A program made the translations under genes and the position numbers. Source: Candidatus Aminicenantes bacterium (GTDB taxonomy: Bacteria; Acidobacteriota; Aminicenantia; Aminicenantales; JAFGBC01). From it: 64,000 nt of DNA. The stretch is taken from NCBI GenBank assembly GCA_963702005.1, contig OY969696.1:4128001-4192000 (forward strand), given 5' to 3'. The notes under the pieces are model-generated. The model did not search any database. It worked only from the letters and a program-made list of their open reading frames with translations, and was not told the DNA's origin. Positions 8,040 through 18,974 of this stretch are shown piece after piece. Positions within the stretch are counted from its first letter, which is position 1. Each line of letters starts with the position of its first letter.

Positions 8040-10025
8040 ATGAAGGGGACGCTTTATTTTTCCGTGGTCGCGGCCGGGCTTCTTCTTGTCGCGGCGGCCG
8101 CCCCCGCGGCCAAGACCGATTCCCAAGACGCCGCGGCCGTCTGGACCGAGCTCGGGCCGATGGGGGGCAATATCGTCGCGCTCGCCCGCCATACGAAAGC
8201 CCCCGCCAAGATCTACGCTCTGACCGGGAGCTCCCCCGGCCAATTCTTCCGGTCCGCCGACAACGGGACAAGTTGGAAGCGCATGGCCATCTTCCAGGAC
8301 ACGGCCTATGACATCGCGGTTGATCCCAATAACGGTGACATCGTCTATGTCCTTTCTTACAGTGCCCTATACAAGTCCACGAACACGGGCGATTCGTTCA
8401 AGGAAATACGCTTCCCGGAAGGCATGCACGGCGCGGGACGTATGGCCGTTCGCCCCAACGATCCTAACAACCTCTACGTCGCCGGGACCTTCCGGGCCAA
8501 CAACAAAGAGTGTCTGGCGTTTCTCAAGTCCGCGGACGGAGGACAGACCTGGACGGCGATAAAATTCGACACGGGAGCGACCTATTCAACCGCCGCCGGG
8601 ATCGCCGTCTCGTCCAAGAATCCCAACACCGTTTATTTTTGCGGACATTATTATGACGGAAAATCGCGATACTATAGCCGCGTTTATAGGTCAAGAAACG
8701 GAGGAAACGCCTGGGACAACATCACGGGGCCCATCCTGAATCAAAACAACAAAACTCCCTCCGGCCTGGCCGTCGACCCCACGAATGCGGACCGCGTCTG
8801 GGTGGCCTATAACGACGGTGTACTCCGGAGCACGAACGGGGGAACGACCTGGCTCAAACAAAACAGCTCGTCTTTCTATGGCGGCCCCGTTGCCATCGAC
8901 CCCAACCAGGTTAACACCCTCTACGCGCCGAGCGAGAGCCTCAACGACCCTGGCGTTTACAAGAGCACGGACGGCGGAATCAACTGGAAAAAATACCCTG
9001 AGGGCGTCTACGGCTACGCCAACACGATTATCATCAAAGACAACACGATCCAGGTCGGAACATCGGCCGGGATCTTCCGGAGCAAGAACGGCGGCGGTTC
9101 CTACCAAGCGGCCCACCGCGGCATCAAGGCGACCTGGATTACGACCTTCGCGCTTTCCCCGAGCTCCCCGGGGACGATCTACGCCGAGGCCTGTGACTAT
9201 ACGTATTTCAAGTCGTCAGACGGCGGAGCGAGCTGGATGAAGGGGACCGATTTTTATCGCTGCCACAGCATCATGAATTTCGCCGTCCACCCCGGAAACC
9301 CGAACACGGTCCTCATCCTGGCCGGGGGCTGATATGACGACGACGTCTACAGGTCTGTAGACGGCGGCCAGCACATCACGAACGTCCTCCACAAGAACCT
9401 CGGCGTACTTGCCGGCGATCCCCGGAACGGAAACCGCCTGATCGCGGCCGGCCAGGTCGTGGACGGAACGGCCTCCATGGGCGCCTACATCAGCTTGGAC
9501 GGCGGGTTGACCTGGTCTCCGGTCAAGATCCGGAGTGACGCTAACAGCATGGCCACCGTCGCGGCCTTCGACCCGAAAAACAAAAAAATCCTATATGTCG
9601 GCGGCCAGGACGGCGTCAGCCGGGCCTGCTTGTACAAGAGCACGAACGACGGCGCCTCCTGGACTCAGCTCGCCATCCCGGCCGGCTTCGACATCCTGTG
9701 TCTGGCCGTCGACCCCAAAGCGTCCGGCACCCTCTACTTCGGCGGCGCCAACGGAGTCTTCAAGAGCACGAACGGAGGGTCGAGCTGGACCGAGCTGACC
9801 GGGGTTTACAACGCGCAATCCATGGCCGTCAATCCCAAGAACGGGGACGAGGTTTTTGTCGGTAACTGGTCCGGCGTTTTTTACAGCAAGGACCAGGGTG
9901 CGACCTGGAAGGACCTCAGCCAGGGCATGCCCGTGAAGTCCACGAACTGGGTCGCGGTCCACCCGACGAGCCGAATCATCTACGCCGGGACCTTCAACGG
10001 CGGGCTCCTCAAGCGGAATTTCTAA
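8040..10025 (+). CDS. Secreted BNR/Asp-box (VPS10/YCF48-like) beta-propeller protein with in-frame TGA, putative selenoprotein (661 aa, Sec431)
   Basis: Signal peptide and repeated SxDGGxxW boxes. The frame continues through TGA 9330-9332 (…ILAGG*YDDDVYRSVDGGQH…) into ORF 9459-10025, with a SECIS-like hairpin downstream. Confidence 0.8.
9344..9363 (+). promoter_or_regulatory. Bacterial SECIS-like hairpin
   Basis: CGTCTACA-GGTC-TGTAGACG, a perfect 8-bp stem starting 11 nt after the TGA. Apex CAGGTCTG as in the E. coli fdhF SECIS. Confidence 0.78.
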
Positions 10026-10078
10026 GGGCTGGGGAATGAGGTTTGATACTTATAAGGTAGCGAGGAGGAGGTCGAACT

Positions 10079-11305
10079 ATGAAAGCGTCGAAAACCGTCA
10101 AGCGCCGGGAGTTCATGGCCAAGGCGGGCGCCGCCGCCCTGTCCATGACCGTTCTCCGTCCGGAGCTCGTCCGGGGGACTCAAGCCAATTCCAAAATCAA
10201 GGTCGGACTCATCGGCTGCGGCGGCCGGGGCGGCTGGATCGCCGGACTGTTCCGCAAGCACGGCGGCTACGAAATCACGGCCGCGGCCGATTATTTCAAG
10301 GAGCGGGTTGACGAGGTCGGAACGACTCTCGCCGTCCCCGAATCCCGCAGGTTCACGGGTCTCTCCGGCTACAAGCGGCTGCTCGACGCGGGCGTCGACG
10401 CGGCCGTCATCGAGACGCCGCCCTATTTCCATCCCGAGCAGGCCGCGGCTTCGGTCGACGCCGGCGTCCACGTCTACCTCGCCAAGCCGGTGGCCGTGGA
10501 CGTCCCGGGCTGTAACTCCATCGCCGAGACCGGCCGGCGAGCCTCGGCGAAGAAACGCGCCTTCCTGGTCGATTTCCAGACAAGAGCCCATCCGGCCTTC
10601 ATCGAAGCCGTCACAAGGGTCCACGACGGCGGCCTGGGCGAGCTGCTTTTCGGCGAAGCCGTCTACCACGCCGAATCGCCCTGGGAGCAGTGGTACGACC
10701 TGATCAAAACGGCCCCCGAAAATCCGGAGAACCGCCTCCGGGCCTGGGGCCTGGATAGGGCGCTTTCGGGAGATATGATCACCGAGCAGGACATCCACGC
10801 CCTCGACGTCATGAACTGGGTCATGGGGACGCCCCCGCTCTACGCCCTGGGATGCGGCGGTCTCAAAGCCCGGCCGAGGGTCGGGACCTGCTGGGACCAT
10901 TTCGTCGTCACCTACCAATATCCGGACAAAGTCGGCATCCAGTTCAGCGGCCGCCAGTTCAAGGGACACGGGACGGCTGAGGGCATCAAGAACCGCATGT
11001 TCGGATCCAAGGGAGTCCTGGAGACCGAGTACGGCGGCTCCGTCCTCATCCGCGGCGAGAATTACTACAACGGCGGGAAAACGGCCGAGATCTACGAGGC
11101 CGGGGCCGTCGCCAACATCGCCTCCTTCCATCGCGCCGTCGTCGAGGGCGATTTCCGGAATCCCACCGTCGCCCCGAGCGTCCAGAGCAACCTGATCACG
11201 ATCCTCGGCCGCAAGTCGGCCTACGAGAACCGCGTCGTCGGCTGGGCGGAGCTGCTCAAGGACGGCGAGCGGCTCACGCCCGACCTCAAGGGTTTGAAGG
11301 ACTAG
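10079..11305 (+). CDS. Gfo/Idh/MocA family oxidoreductase with Tat-like signal
   Basis: KRREFM twin-arginine motif, GLIGCGGRG Rossmann motif, HVYLAKPVA, EQDIHALD. Confidence 0.9.
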   Translation: MKASKTVKRREFMAKAGAAALSMTVLRPELVRGTQANSKIKVGLIGCGGRGGWIAGLFRKHGGYEITAAADYFKERVDEVGTTLAVPESRRFTGLSGYKRLLDAGVDAAVIETPPYFHPEQAAASVDAGVHVYLAKPVAVDVPGCNSIAETGRRASAKKRAFLVDFQTRAHPAFIEAVTRVHDGGLGELLFGEAVYHAESPWEQWYDLIKTAPENPENRLRAWGLDRALSGDMITEQDIHALDVMNWVMGTPPLYALGCGGLKARPRVGTCWDHFVVTYQYPDKVGIQFSGRQFKGHGTAEGIKNRMFGSKGVLETEYGGSVLIRGENYYNGGKTAEIYEAGAVANIASFHRAVVEGDFRNPTVAPSVQSNLITILGRKSAYENRVVGWAELLKDGERLTPDLKGLKD

Positions 11306-11327
11306 ACCGCCAGCTAGGAGTATCGCC

Positions 11328-12191
11328 ATGTTTAAGATCGGCCTCGGCCTCGTGTATCTCGTCTCGGCCTTGATCGCAAGTCCGGCCGCCGCCGGCACCG
11401 CCGCGGCTTCCGGAAACGGCGGGCCCGAAGTCAGGCTGGGCGTCTGCGATTGGACGATCGGAAAGTCCGGCGACCCGGCCGCGCTCGGACTGGCCGGAAG
11501 TCTGGGCCTGGACGGCGTCCAGGTCAGTCTCGCCTCCGAGGGCGATTCGCTGGCCCTCGTCCAACCCGCCTTGCGCCGCGCCTATCTCGAAGCGGCCGAA
11601 AGGACGGGTATCGCCATCGCCTCTTTCGCCATCGGCGAGCTCAACGACGTCCCGCTCAAGAGCGACCCGCGCGCTGAAAAATGGCTGGGCCAGGGCATCG
11701 AGGTCGCCCAGGCCATGGGCATCGGGATCCTCCTGGTCCCGTTTTTCGGCAAGGGAGACCTGAGAAACGATCCTCCCGGATTCGACGCCGCGGTTGCGGC
11801 CCTGAAAAGGCTCGCTCCCCGGGCCGAGAAGGCCGATGTAATCTTGGCCCTCGAGAACTGGCTCAGCGCCGGAGAGAACCTCGCAATTCTCGAGCGCGTC
11901 GGCTCGCCGGCCGTCCGGATCTACTACGACGTCGGGAACTCCCAGGACGCCGGGCATCCCATCCTCGAGGAGATCCGACTGCTCGGGGATCGCATCGCGG
12001 AATTCCATGCCAAGGATACCAAGGACCTCTACGGCAAGGGCGCGATGGATTTCCCGGCCGTTCGCAAGGCGATGGAGGACATCGGCTACCGGGGCTGGCT
12101 CATCCTGGAGGGCACCAAGACGCCGCTGGGGGTCGAGAAGAGCATCCGCTACGACGCGGACTACCTGAAGGAAGTCTTCGCGGTCAAATGA
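11328..12191 (+). CDS. Sugar phosphate isomerase/epimerase (xylose isomerase-like TIM barrel)
   Basis: LALENW, YYDVGN, FHAKD and GYRGWLILE motifs. Operonic with the Gfo/Idh/MocA gene. Confidence 0.87.
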   Translation: MFKIGLGLVYLVSALIASPAAAGTAAASGNGGPEVRLGVCDWTIGKSGDPAALGLAGSLGLDGVQVSLASEGDSLALVQPALRRAYLEAAERTGIAIASFAIGELNDVPLKSDPRAEKWLGQGIEVAQAMGIGILLVPFFGKGDLRNDPPGFDAAVAALKRLAPRAEKADVILALENWLSAGENLAILERVGSPAVRIYYDVGNSQDAGHPILEEIRLLGDRIAEFHAKDTKDLYGKGAMDFPAVRKAMEDIGYRGWLILEGTKTPLGVEKSIRYDADYLKEVFAVK

Positions 12192-12713
12192 CCGCGTCTT
12201 TTCATTTCCAGTCTCCATTGAGCAGGAAGCCCGCCCAGAAGTAGGGATGGGAAATGGTCCGGTCGGGATTACGGATGAACTCGATCTGAGCGAATTGAAG
12301 AGCCCGATCCTTGCTCAGTCCGGCCTTAAGGTAAGAATAAAACCGCGTCATCAGTTCCGAGGTGGCGACGTCCGCCACTTTCCATTGTGAGGCTAAGACC
12401 GTGCGAGCCCCGGCATACTGAAAGGCCCTTGTCAGGCCTATCAATCCTTCGCCGCCCATTTCTTTTCCCAGCCCTGTCTCGCAGGCGGAAAGCGTCACCA
12501 AGTCCGCGTCGATCCGCATCCTTTCGAATACTTCCCAAGCCTGGAGGATTCCGTTGTCCCGACCTTCTATTACGGCCGGGGGAATTGACAAGGCCAGTCC
12601 GGAATTAAGGGGGAACAACTCATCCAGGAAGCCATGGCAGGCGAAATGGATATAACGAACGCCCTTGCCGAGTGCTTTTGCCTTTTCTTCCGTCGCTTCT
12701 TCGCCCAGATAGA
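12169..12713. repeat. Left copy of ~545-bp imperfect direct repeat (epimerase 3' tip plus CHAT gene 3' end)
   Basis: Aligns without gaps to 25341-25885 (offset 13172) with roughly two dozen substitutions by manual count. Confidence 0.92.
12202..12713 (-). pseudogene. Headless C-terminal CHAT-domain fragment
   Basis: YLGEEATEE...IHFACHG...LSACETG...FLLNGDWK is nearly identical to the end of 25374-28754. Homology stops abruptly at 12713. Confidence 0.88.
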
Positions 12714-12925
12714 AGGCCTCAGAGGAGAATGCGACCAAGCTGGAAGCACAACTGAAAACCACTCAGTTGCGAGCCCAGCAAACAGAACAGCTCACAAAAA
12801 CCCAGGATAAAACGTTAGCCATATTAGTAAAAGTGCTGTCTCACTCTCAACTCCAGGCGCTTCGCGCAGATGCTGAAGTAGCAGTCGCATTAGACCGTCT
12901 TAAGGAGCCCATAAACATTAATTGA
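12713..12925 (+). pseudogene. 3' fragment of an unrelated coiled-coil gene at the island junction
   Basis: Open frame KASEENATKLEAQLKTTQLRAQQTEQLTK...KEPININ* begins right at the repeat boundary with no start of its own. Confidence 0.4.
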
Positions 12926-13080
12926 TCGGCGCTCCTAATTCGACAAGCGCCTGACGTGTATTTTTCACCCTAATCCTGCTAGCGGAATGCGGAATGAAGC
13001 TGCATTCAGGAGGATAAGCTTTTTGCCTCCTTGGATAGGCCCCACGATTTGACAGCTCAGACGGCTAACTAAAGAGAGTT

Positions 13081-13371
13081 ATGTGGCCCCGAAATTGCAA
13101 ACGTCCGTTGACGCGGCCCGACTTCTCCATTTACGATGATTATGAGTTCGCGATCTTCATCGGCGGTCGCCAGCCGGGCGATAAAGCCGTCCTCGAAATC
13201 GTCCTGGGCGCGCTCGACGGGCCGATCACGGTGGGAGATGTGACCGTCGTCTCCCGGACGGCCGGCCTGAACCCGCCGAAACGTTTTAAGATCGAGGTGA
13301 CCTTCGGCGACTGGGAACGCGCCCGCTCGACGGTGTATCGATCCGAATCCCAAAGCCCAAACACGGGCTGA
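13081..13371 (+). pseudogene. Probable gene fragment with PDZ-like C-terminal motif
   Basis: FIGGRQPGDKAVLEIV resembles PDZ tails. High-GC codon usage, no clear start. Confidence 0.35.
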
Positions 13372-13411
13372 GCGGCCATCACGGATATCCGGGGACCCGC
13401 CCCGGCTCTGG

Positions 13412-14440
13412 CTATTTTGCGAAAGGGCGGAGTCTGTAACAGTAAATTTCAGGATTCGGCTGCAAGTTCCCGGAAGCGGCCTCTCCTGAACCTTCGAGGT
13501 AGAGAATATCGCCGCAGGCGTGGAGTATCCTCATGGATAAGGCGATGTCGCCGATAATGAAATGACCCTCTGTATCAAAAAGATCAAGGCGATCTTCGCG
13601 TTGAATAACAAGAAGCCCCAAATCGAGGTAATAAGGGCCATTGAAGATCAATGGCGAGCCGGACTTCTTGTTGCTACGGTCAAAATGAGGGTTCGTAAAA
13701 GATCGAATCCATCGTCCATCGGCCGCGTATTTCCGGACCTCATAATACAAAGGATTCATTTCATAGATGAAATCATCTTTATCAATGGCCATCCCGTCGG
13801 CGACCGCGCTGAATCCCATGTTTAAAACCGGCTGAGGAATGGGGGCAAAGGAAAAGACCGTACCGCCCTCCTTATCCAGCTTATGGATCGTATCGAAGGT
13901 ATCGCGATGGCCGGGCCTGACCGTCCCCGAGTACATAAAGATTTCGTTCTTGCTGTTTATATGAAGAAAATAATAGATCCTAGGTTTCCCCAGGATAGTA
14001 TCTCGATATCTATAATCTGAATCATAGATTATGATTTGATTCCGCAGAAAATCGGAAAGGAGAATCTCGTTTCCTGAATTAACGGCGACACTCACCGGAG
14101 TCGAATACTCGCCCGGTCCCTGGCCGCGTCGTCCCAATAATTGCTTAAACTTCCCCGTAGCGCTAAAAACATAGACTTGTCTCAATTGCCAGCCATCGGC
14201 AATTATTAAATTCCCTTTTGCATCTACATCTAAGTCGGTTATGGAAGCGATAGCCGATTCAGCGCTCAGCTCGAGATGAACGCTATTGACATCATCAAAT
14301 AGATCGCTTATTTTTCGCGCTGAAGCGATCGTTTGGAACTCTGGTCTTGATAATGGCGAAGCTTCAGAATTCTCTCGTCGAGAGCATTCAGCACATATTA
14401 AGATCAGAACCGCAAGACAAATCAATCCCCAGTTGCGCAT
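13412..14440 (-). CDS. 6-bladed beta-propeller (NHL/TolB-like) exported protein, possibly a lipoprotein
   Basis: Hydrophobic N-terminus with Cys, LDVDAKGNLIIAD, GRRGQGPGEY motif. Confidence 0.82.
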   Translation of the reverse strand: MRNWGLICLAVLILICAECSRRENSEASPLSRPEFQTIASARKISDLFDDVNSVHLELSAESAIASITDLDVDAKGNLIIADGWQLRQVYVFSATGKFKQLLGRRGQGPGEYSTPVSVAVNSGNEILLSDFLRNQIIIYDSDYRYRDTILGKPRIYYFLHINSKNEIFMYSGTVRPGHRDTFDTIHKLDKEGGTVFSFAPIPQPVLNMGFSAVADGMAIDKDDFIYEMNPLYYEVRKYAADGRWIRSFTNPHFDRSNKKSGSPLIFNGPYYLDLGLLVIQREDRLDLFDTEGHFIIGDIALSMRILHACGDILYLEGSGEAASGNLQPNPEIYCYRLRPFAK

Positions 14441-14514
14441 GATTCCTCTTCTAAGTATCCACCACGATTCTATTCTTCTGCGCTTTCATAGCGGCTTTCA
14501 AGCATAGACTAACA

Positions 14515-15153
14515 TTATCGCCCGAAATCAAGCTCTATTAGCGAATGCACTTTTTCAAAAAACCTAATATTTTTACCTTCATCCCTATAATCTGAAATAC
14601 TTGCCGCTATAATATGTTTATCATGGTTCAATAGTAATATTATGGGAGATAATATATGGGAAAATCTTTTTGCTAGTACATTCAATTCATCTCTAGCTGA
14701 TAATTCCCTAATATAAAATAAATTAATAAAGCTAACATATTGATATTGATCTATATCCGTCAATATTACTATTATATTAATTCTAGACCTTTCGATAAGA
14801 GGACGTTGAATTTGAAGCAATCTCATCTCTGCGCTGAGGCACCGATCACAAGATGACCCTCGAAGGATATACAACAGTATATATCCTTTAGCTTCATCAA
14901 ATAATCGGCATGCCTGCAAATTATATTTTTTAAGATCCTCAATATCTTTGCTCAAATCGATGCCCTCAAGGTTATGTTCAAGAATGGCTATCTGATCGCT
15001 CAAACTTAAAGTGATTTTATTTTTCCATATTTGATTCTCAGCCTTAATCTCTGTTACCTTTAATATTAGTGCCCCATTAATTAATATCATTATAGCAATG
15101 CAAATGAGTTGCCATTCTTTTAATATCGTGATCGCCCATTTCTTTACAAGCAT
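14515..15153 (-). CDS. Membrane-anchored thioredoxin-fold/redoxin-like protein
   Basis: N-terminal TM helix, SSCDRC (CxxC) after a hydrophobic strand, later SPIILLLN cis-Pro-like motif. Confidence 0.6.
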   Translation of the reverse strand: MLVKKWAITILKEWQLICIAIMILINGALILKVTEIKAENQIWKNKITLSLSDQIAILEHNLEGIDLSKDIEDLKKYNLQACRLFDEAKGYILLYILRGSSCDRCLSAEMRLLQIQRPLIERSRINIIVILTDIDQYQYVSFINLFYIRELSARDELNVLAKRFSHILSPIILLLNHDKHIIAASISDYRDEGKNIRFFEKVHSLIELDFGR

Positions 15154-15192
15154 TTAGCACTTTTCATATCATCTTTGTTTTCTTTTAAGTTT

Positions 15193-16332
15193 TCATATCA
15201 TATCAAGCTTAAGAGAATAAACAATCACATAAGGATTCCACTTCCCTTCTGAATTGCTTGAAATCCTAGCTCTAAGCATAAAGAGATTGTTTCCAAACGT
15301 CAGAATCCCGTGTGGCCCTGCTATATAATCAGGCATTATAATGTCGCCATATATCTTTATAAGATCTAAATCATATACATCTAAAAAGATCCGCTTTCCA
15401 TTTGGTTGATTAAATATTATTCCTATCAATTTGTCGCCAATACGAAAAATCTGAAGAATATGGCTCCAGGTTAAATGGTATTCTTTTCGCTTTTGAAAAT
15501 CTTCCTCAATGGCCTTATCCATTGGCTTTGAAGGCGGCACATAATAAATGGACCTTCCTTGAACTTGCTTAATGAGTTTTCCTCGAAAATCGAATTTTCT
15601 TATCAAATACTCATAAGGCTGAATGACAAATATGTGGTTTTCAACAATAATTATCCCTCCTCCCTTTGATTCTGTACCAGGAGCATAATTTTTCGATGGC
15701 CCACAAAACTTATTTAATATATTTCCATGCGTATCGCACTCATGAATAACTTCGCCGATTCCTTGAGGGCCTGCTGCGCCACTTGTGTAACAAAAGATCC
15801 TCCCGTCATTAGTAACGGCTAGCTTTTCTAAATAAAGCGGAATACCGAATTGATAATTATAGCGGAAGTCCTCATTGAAAATACAAACCCGCAGGAGATC
15901 CCCATCATAAACATAATAATGACCACTCTGCATATGATAGAACATATTATCAGGAAATAAATATTGCCCTTCTCCTTTTCCCTGGCTGCCAATTCTTGCT
16001 TTTCCTCTTCCCGTATGATCGAATACTAGGATTTGTCTAACCCATAAATTATCAAGAATAATAAAATCTCTCATAGAATTAACGGCCCCAAAACTCGGCA
16101 ACGGGCTTAGCTCGAACCCTGGACTTGTAAGTAAAGGAATGCGTTCAGTTTCTTCGAATAAATCGTTAAATGATTTTGTTAATATCGGAAATCTTGACTT
16201 ATAATTCGATTGCTTAGCAAGATTTCCTGAATGCTGTTGGTCCTCTAGAAAAAAGATGAAGACTAATAATACTAAAATAATACTCTCTAAAATCACCCTT
16301 ACGATCGAACATTTAAATCGGAATAGATACAA
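15193..16332 (-). CDS. 6-bladed beta-propeller protein, membrane-anchored
   Basis: N-terminal TM, QILVFDHTG..IGSQGKGEGQY motif, paralog of 13412-14440. Confidence 0.8.
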   Translation of the reverse strand: MYLFRFKCSIVRVILESIILVLLVFIFFLEDQQHSGNLAKQSNYKSRFPILTKSFNDLFEETERIPLLTSPGFELSPLPSFGAVNSMRDFIILDNLWVRQILVFDHTGRGKARIGSQGKGEGQYLFPDNMFYHMQSGHYYVYDGDLLRVCIFNEDFRYNYQFGIPLYLEKLAVTNDGRIFCYTSGAAGPQGIGEVIHECDTHGNILNKFCGPSKNYAPGTESKGGGIIIVENHIFVIQPYEYLIRKFDFRGKLIKQVQGRSIYYVPPSKPMDKAIEEDFQKRKEYHLTWSHILQIFRIGDKLIGIIFNQPNGKRIFLDVYDLDLIKIYGDIIMPDYIAGPHGILTFGNNLFMLRARISSNSEGKWNPYVIVYSLKLDMI

Positions 16333-16388
16333 TTATTATATTCTTTATTTGCTATTTTGAATAACCAATAATCTTTTTATAGATTTCT

Positions 16389-16589
16389 TTAATACCATAA
16401 GGCGCTTGCAGGCAAACAATGGTCATACGTAGCAGCTTCACAATGATATAGCGTTCCAGTTATATAAACCCAATCAAGCTTTGGCGGAACTGCCTCTGCA
16501 TTATTCGTAAATAGAACAAGAAGGCTCATACAACAGATAAGCAAAATGAACGTAACAACAAATACCGCAACCAACCTTTTATTTTTCAT
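16389..16589 (-). CDS. Small secreted His-Cys peptide, copy 1
   Basis: 33-aa signal ending AEA, mature VPPKLDWVYITGTLYHCEAATYDHCLPASALWY, GGGAG RBS, paralog at 19301. Confidence 0.82.
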   Translation of the reverse strand: MKNKRLVAVFVVTFILLICCMSLLVLFTNNAEAVPPKLDWVYITGTLYHCEAATYDHCLPASALWY

Positions 16590-16697
16590 TCTCTTCTCCC
16601 TTTGTTTTAAAGAATATTATTATTATTCTGATAAATCAAGATTATTTACTTTTCCTAAATTTTTTTTACTTTTCTCTTTTTTTGCTATCTTTATACA
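16590..16697. repeat. Conserved upstream region shared by both peptide genes (other copy ~19502-19608)
   Basis: AGAATATTA-TTATTATTCT, TAAATCAAGAT and TATCTTTATACA blocks occur at both loci. Confidence 0.75.
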
Positions 16698-16749
16698 AAA
16701 CTGAAAATTATATTATTGCACAATAATCCTCACAATTCCTTACTTACTT

Positions 16750-18353
16750 CCGTAGATTGCCGATAGGCGGCCCCTGTTCAGGCATAAAGTCTCCTGGTAT
16801 AAGGAGTTTGAGAGAACTCATGCCCTCACCCGGTGGGTGAAGGACCTTAACCAGGAGGGTATTTTTATGATAACGCAAGGGATCTTGCCGTTCAAGCTCG
16901 AACGGACCGACGAACTCATCACGCCGAGAAGCGGGCTGGCGCTGTTCGCCGAAGTCGTCCGGACGCTCAAGGTTCGGGACAAGGTAAGATCGTACTTTCC
17001 CCGGCCGGGCTCGAACCGGGGCTACGAGGCTTGGGCCTATATTGAGCCGCTGCTTCTGATGCTGGAGGGCGGCGGGCGGCATGTCGAGGACCTGCGGGAG
17101 ATCCGGGACGACGCGGCGTTGAGACGGATCATCGGGCTGCGGCGGATGCCGTCGCTGTCGACGTTCGGGGACTGGCTGGTCAGGATGGGATGGAGAGGGG
17201 TTCGGGCAGTCGTCCGGGTTGGGGAGGAGACGGCGGAGGCGATCGGGAAGCGGATCGCGACGCCGGATGACACGCTGGATATTGACGGGACGGTGATCGA
17301 GTCGGAAAAACGGGCGGCGCAGTGGACCTATAAGAAGGTCAGGGGGTACCAACCGATCCTGGGCTTCCTGGCGGAGACGGGGGTCTGTGTGAGCCACGAG
17401 TTTCGGGAAGGGCATATCCCCGGCCACAGCGGCGCGTTGAAGTTCCTGAAGAGGTGTCTGCGGCTGTGTCCCGGGATTAAACGGCTGCGGTCCGACAGCG
17501 CCTTCTACCAGGCCGATGTCATCAACTGGTGCCAGACGCAGGGGATCGGGTTTACGATCACGGCCGACCAAAATGTTGGAGTGAAAGAGGTTATCCCGAC
17601 GGTGCGGGACTGGAGGCCGCTCCGGGACGAGGCGGGGAAGGAGATCGATCGGGAGGTCGGCACCGCGATCTATCTGCTGGCCAAAGGCCGGGAGGCGTTG
17701 CGGTTGGTCCTCCAACGCTGGCACGATCCGCAGTTGTCGCTGTTCGCGCCCTAAGGCTATTGTTATCACATCCTCGCCACCAACCGGGATGAGCTGACGG
17801 CCGAGCAAGTCGTTTACTTTCATAACCGCCGGGGTCAGGCCGAGAACCTGATCAAAGAGGTCAAGATCGGGTTCGGGATGGAGCAGATGACGAGCGGCGA
17901 CTTCGCCGCCAACGCTCTCTGGTTCGCCCTCGGCCTTTTGGCTTATAACTTGACCCAGGCCCAGAAGCTCCTCTTCCTGGACCCGGACTGGACGACGAAG
18001 ACGATCGCGACGATCCGCTGGCAGCTGATCGACGTCGCTGGGCGTCTCATCTGTCACGGCCGGAGGCTGGTCCTCCGTCTGGCCGTCTCCCGAGAGAAGT
18101 TCGTCGTCCTCCTCCGGATGCGGCAGCTCATCGCCGCCTTTACGTAACAGCCTGTTCGGCGAAGCCCCCGCCTTTCATCCCCTGTACCCCTCGGATCAGG
18201 CAAGGTCTGTTTAAAAACGCCTCTTATGGCCAACTCTGAGTCCGATGCCCGTCGTCCGGCTCGCCGCTGCGCTTGCCGTTGACCCCTGCCGTCCGCAAAG
18301 CCCCCCAGGATTCAAAAATACCAAGTCAAAAAATCTCTAACGGCAATTTCGGG
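16750..18353 (+). mobile_element. IS1380-family insertion sequence
   Basis: IRs CCGTAGATTGCCGATAG and (reverse complement) CCCGAAATTGCCGTTAG match at 13/17. GC-rich insert in AT-rich DNA. No clear TSD. Confidence 0.8.
16867..18147 (+). pseudogene. IS1380 transposase interrupted by in-frame TAA at 17752-17754
   Basis: TLDIDGT, GYQP, LRSDSAFY and HNRRGQAENLIKEVK motifs. The frame continues after the TAA into ORF 17878-18147. Confidence 0.87.
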
Positions 18354-18974
18354 TCTAATGTGTTCCCATGAAGACAGCGGCATGACCGGCAGGCTAGACC
18401 CAACGGTCCTGCGCCCTAGCAAAATAAAAGTTCTTCTTATCAGAGGGATTGCGGCTTTTATTCTTGTTGCTGTAAGGCAGATAGCAGTTAATTCTTTTTT
18501 GAACTTCAGGTTCCAGCTCCCATAATTGCCCGCATCCCAACTCCAGATTAGGCCCCTCCGGCAACCCTTCCAAGTTCTTATCGGTCTATCTGATCTGTGG
18601 TAGAAAATAAACGGCGCCTGCCTCATCCTTTCCCGCATCATTCGCCAAGATTACTTCGTTCCGCTTCGCAGTTGCCTTTGGAATAATATACGACAGCTCG
18701 ATCTTCCACTTGGCGTTCTTAATAAACCGACTCCCGGGATCTGCGGCGACGTCTTTCTTCAATCCCTTTTCTATGATTTCTTTCTCCTCAAGCCCCTTGA
18801 CACTTATAGGCCGCAGATACCTTTCGACCACCTTCAGCATCATTTTCTATTTCTGAGCCGAAAAAGGACATCGAATTCGTCCCTCGTCAACATTCTTTTG
18901 CCGGAGGGATTAGCTCCGACTTCGCTCGCGTCGGTAGAGACATGGGTTAAAATCCAGCCACCCCTCTTTTTTCG

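Noticed and set aside
8040-10025. Genome-wide UGA reassignment (code 4 or 25) as explanation of the in-frame TGA
   Set aside because: Many neighbouring genes (ptrB, epimerase, CHAT, nucleotidase) end properly at TGA, and Trp is encoded by TGG.
13088-13098. CCCGAAATTGC matching the IS1380 inverted repeat
   Set aside because: Only 11 bp, no target duplication, and on the wrong side for typical ISEcp1-style one-ended mobilisation. May be chance.
17752-17754. Stop-codon readthrough in the IS1380 transposase
   Set aside because: The codon is TAA with no evident recoding signal, so a simple nonsense mutation is more likely.
18312-18843. Short minus-strand ORFs between IS1380 and peptide copy 2
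   Set aside because: They look like decayed gene fragments, and I could not recognise a family.
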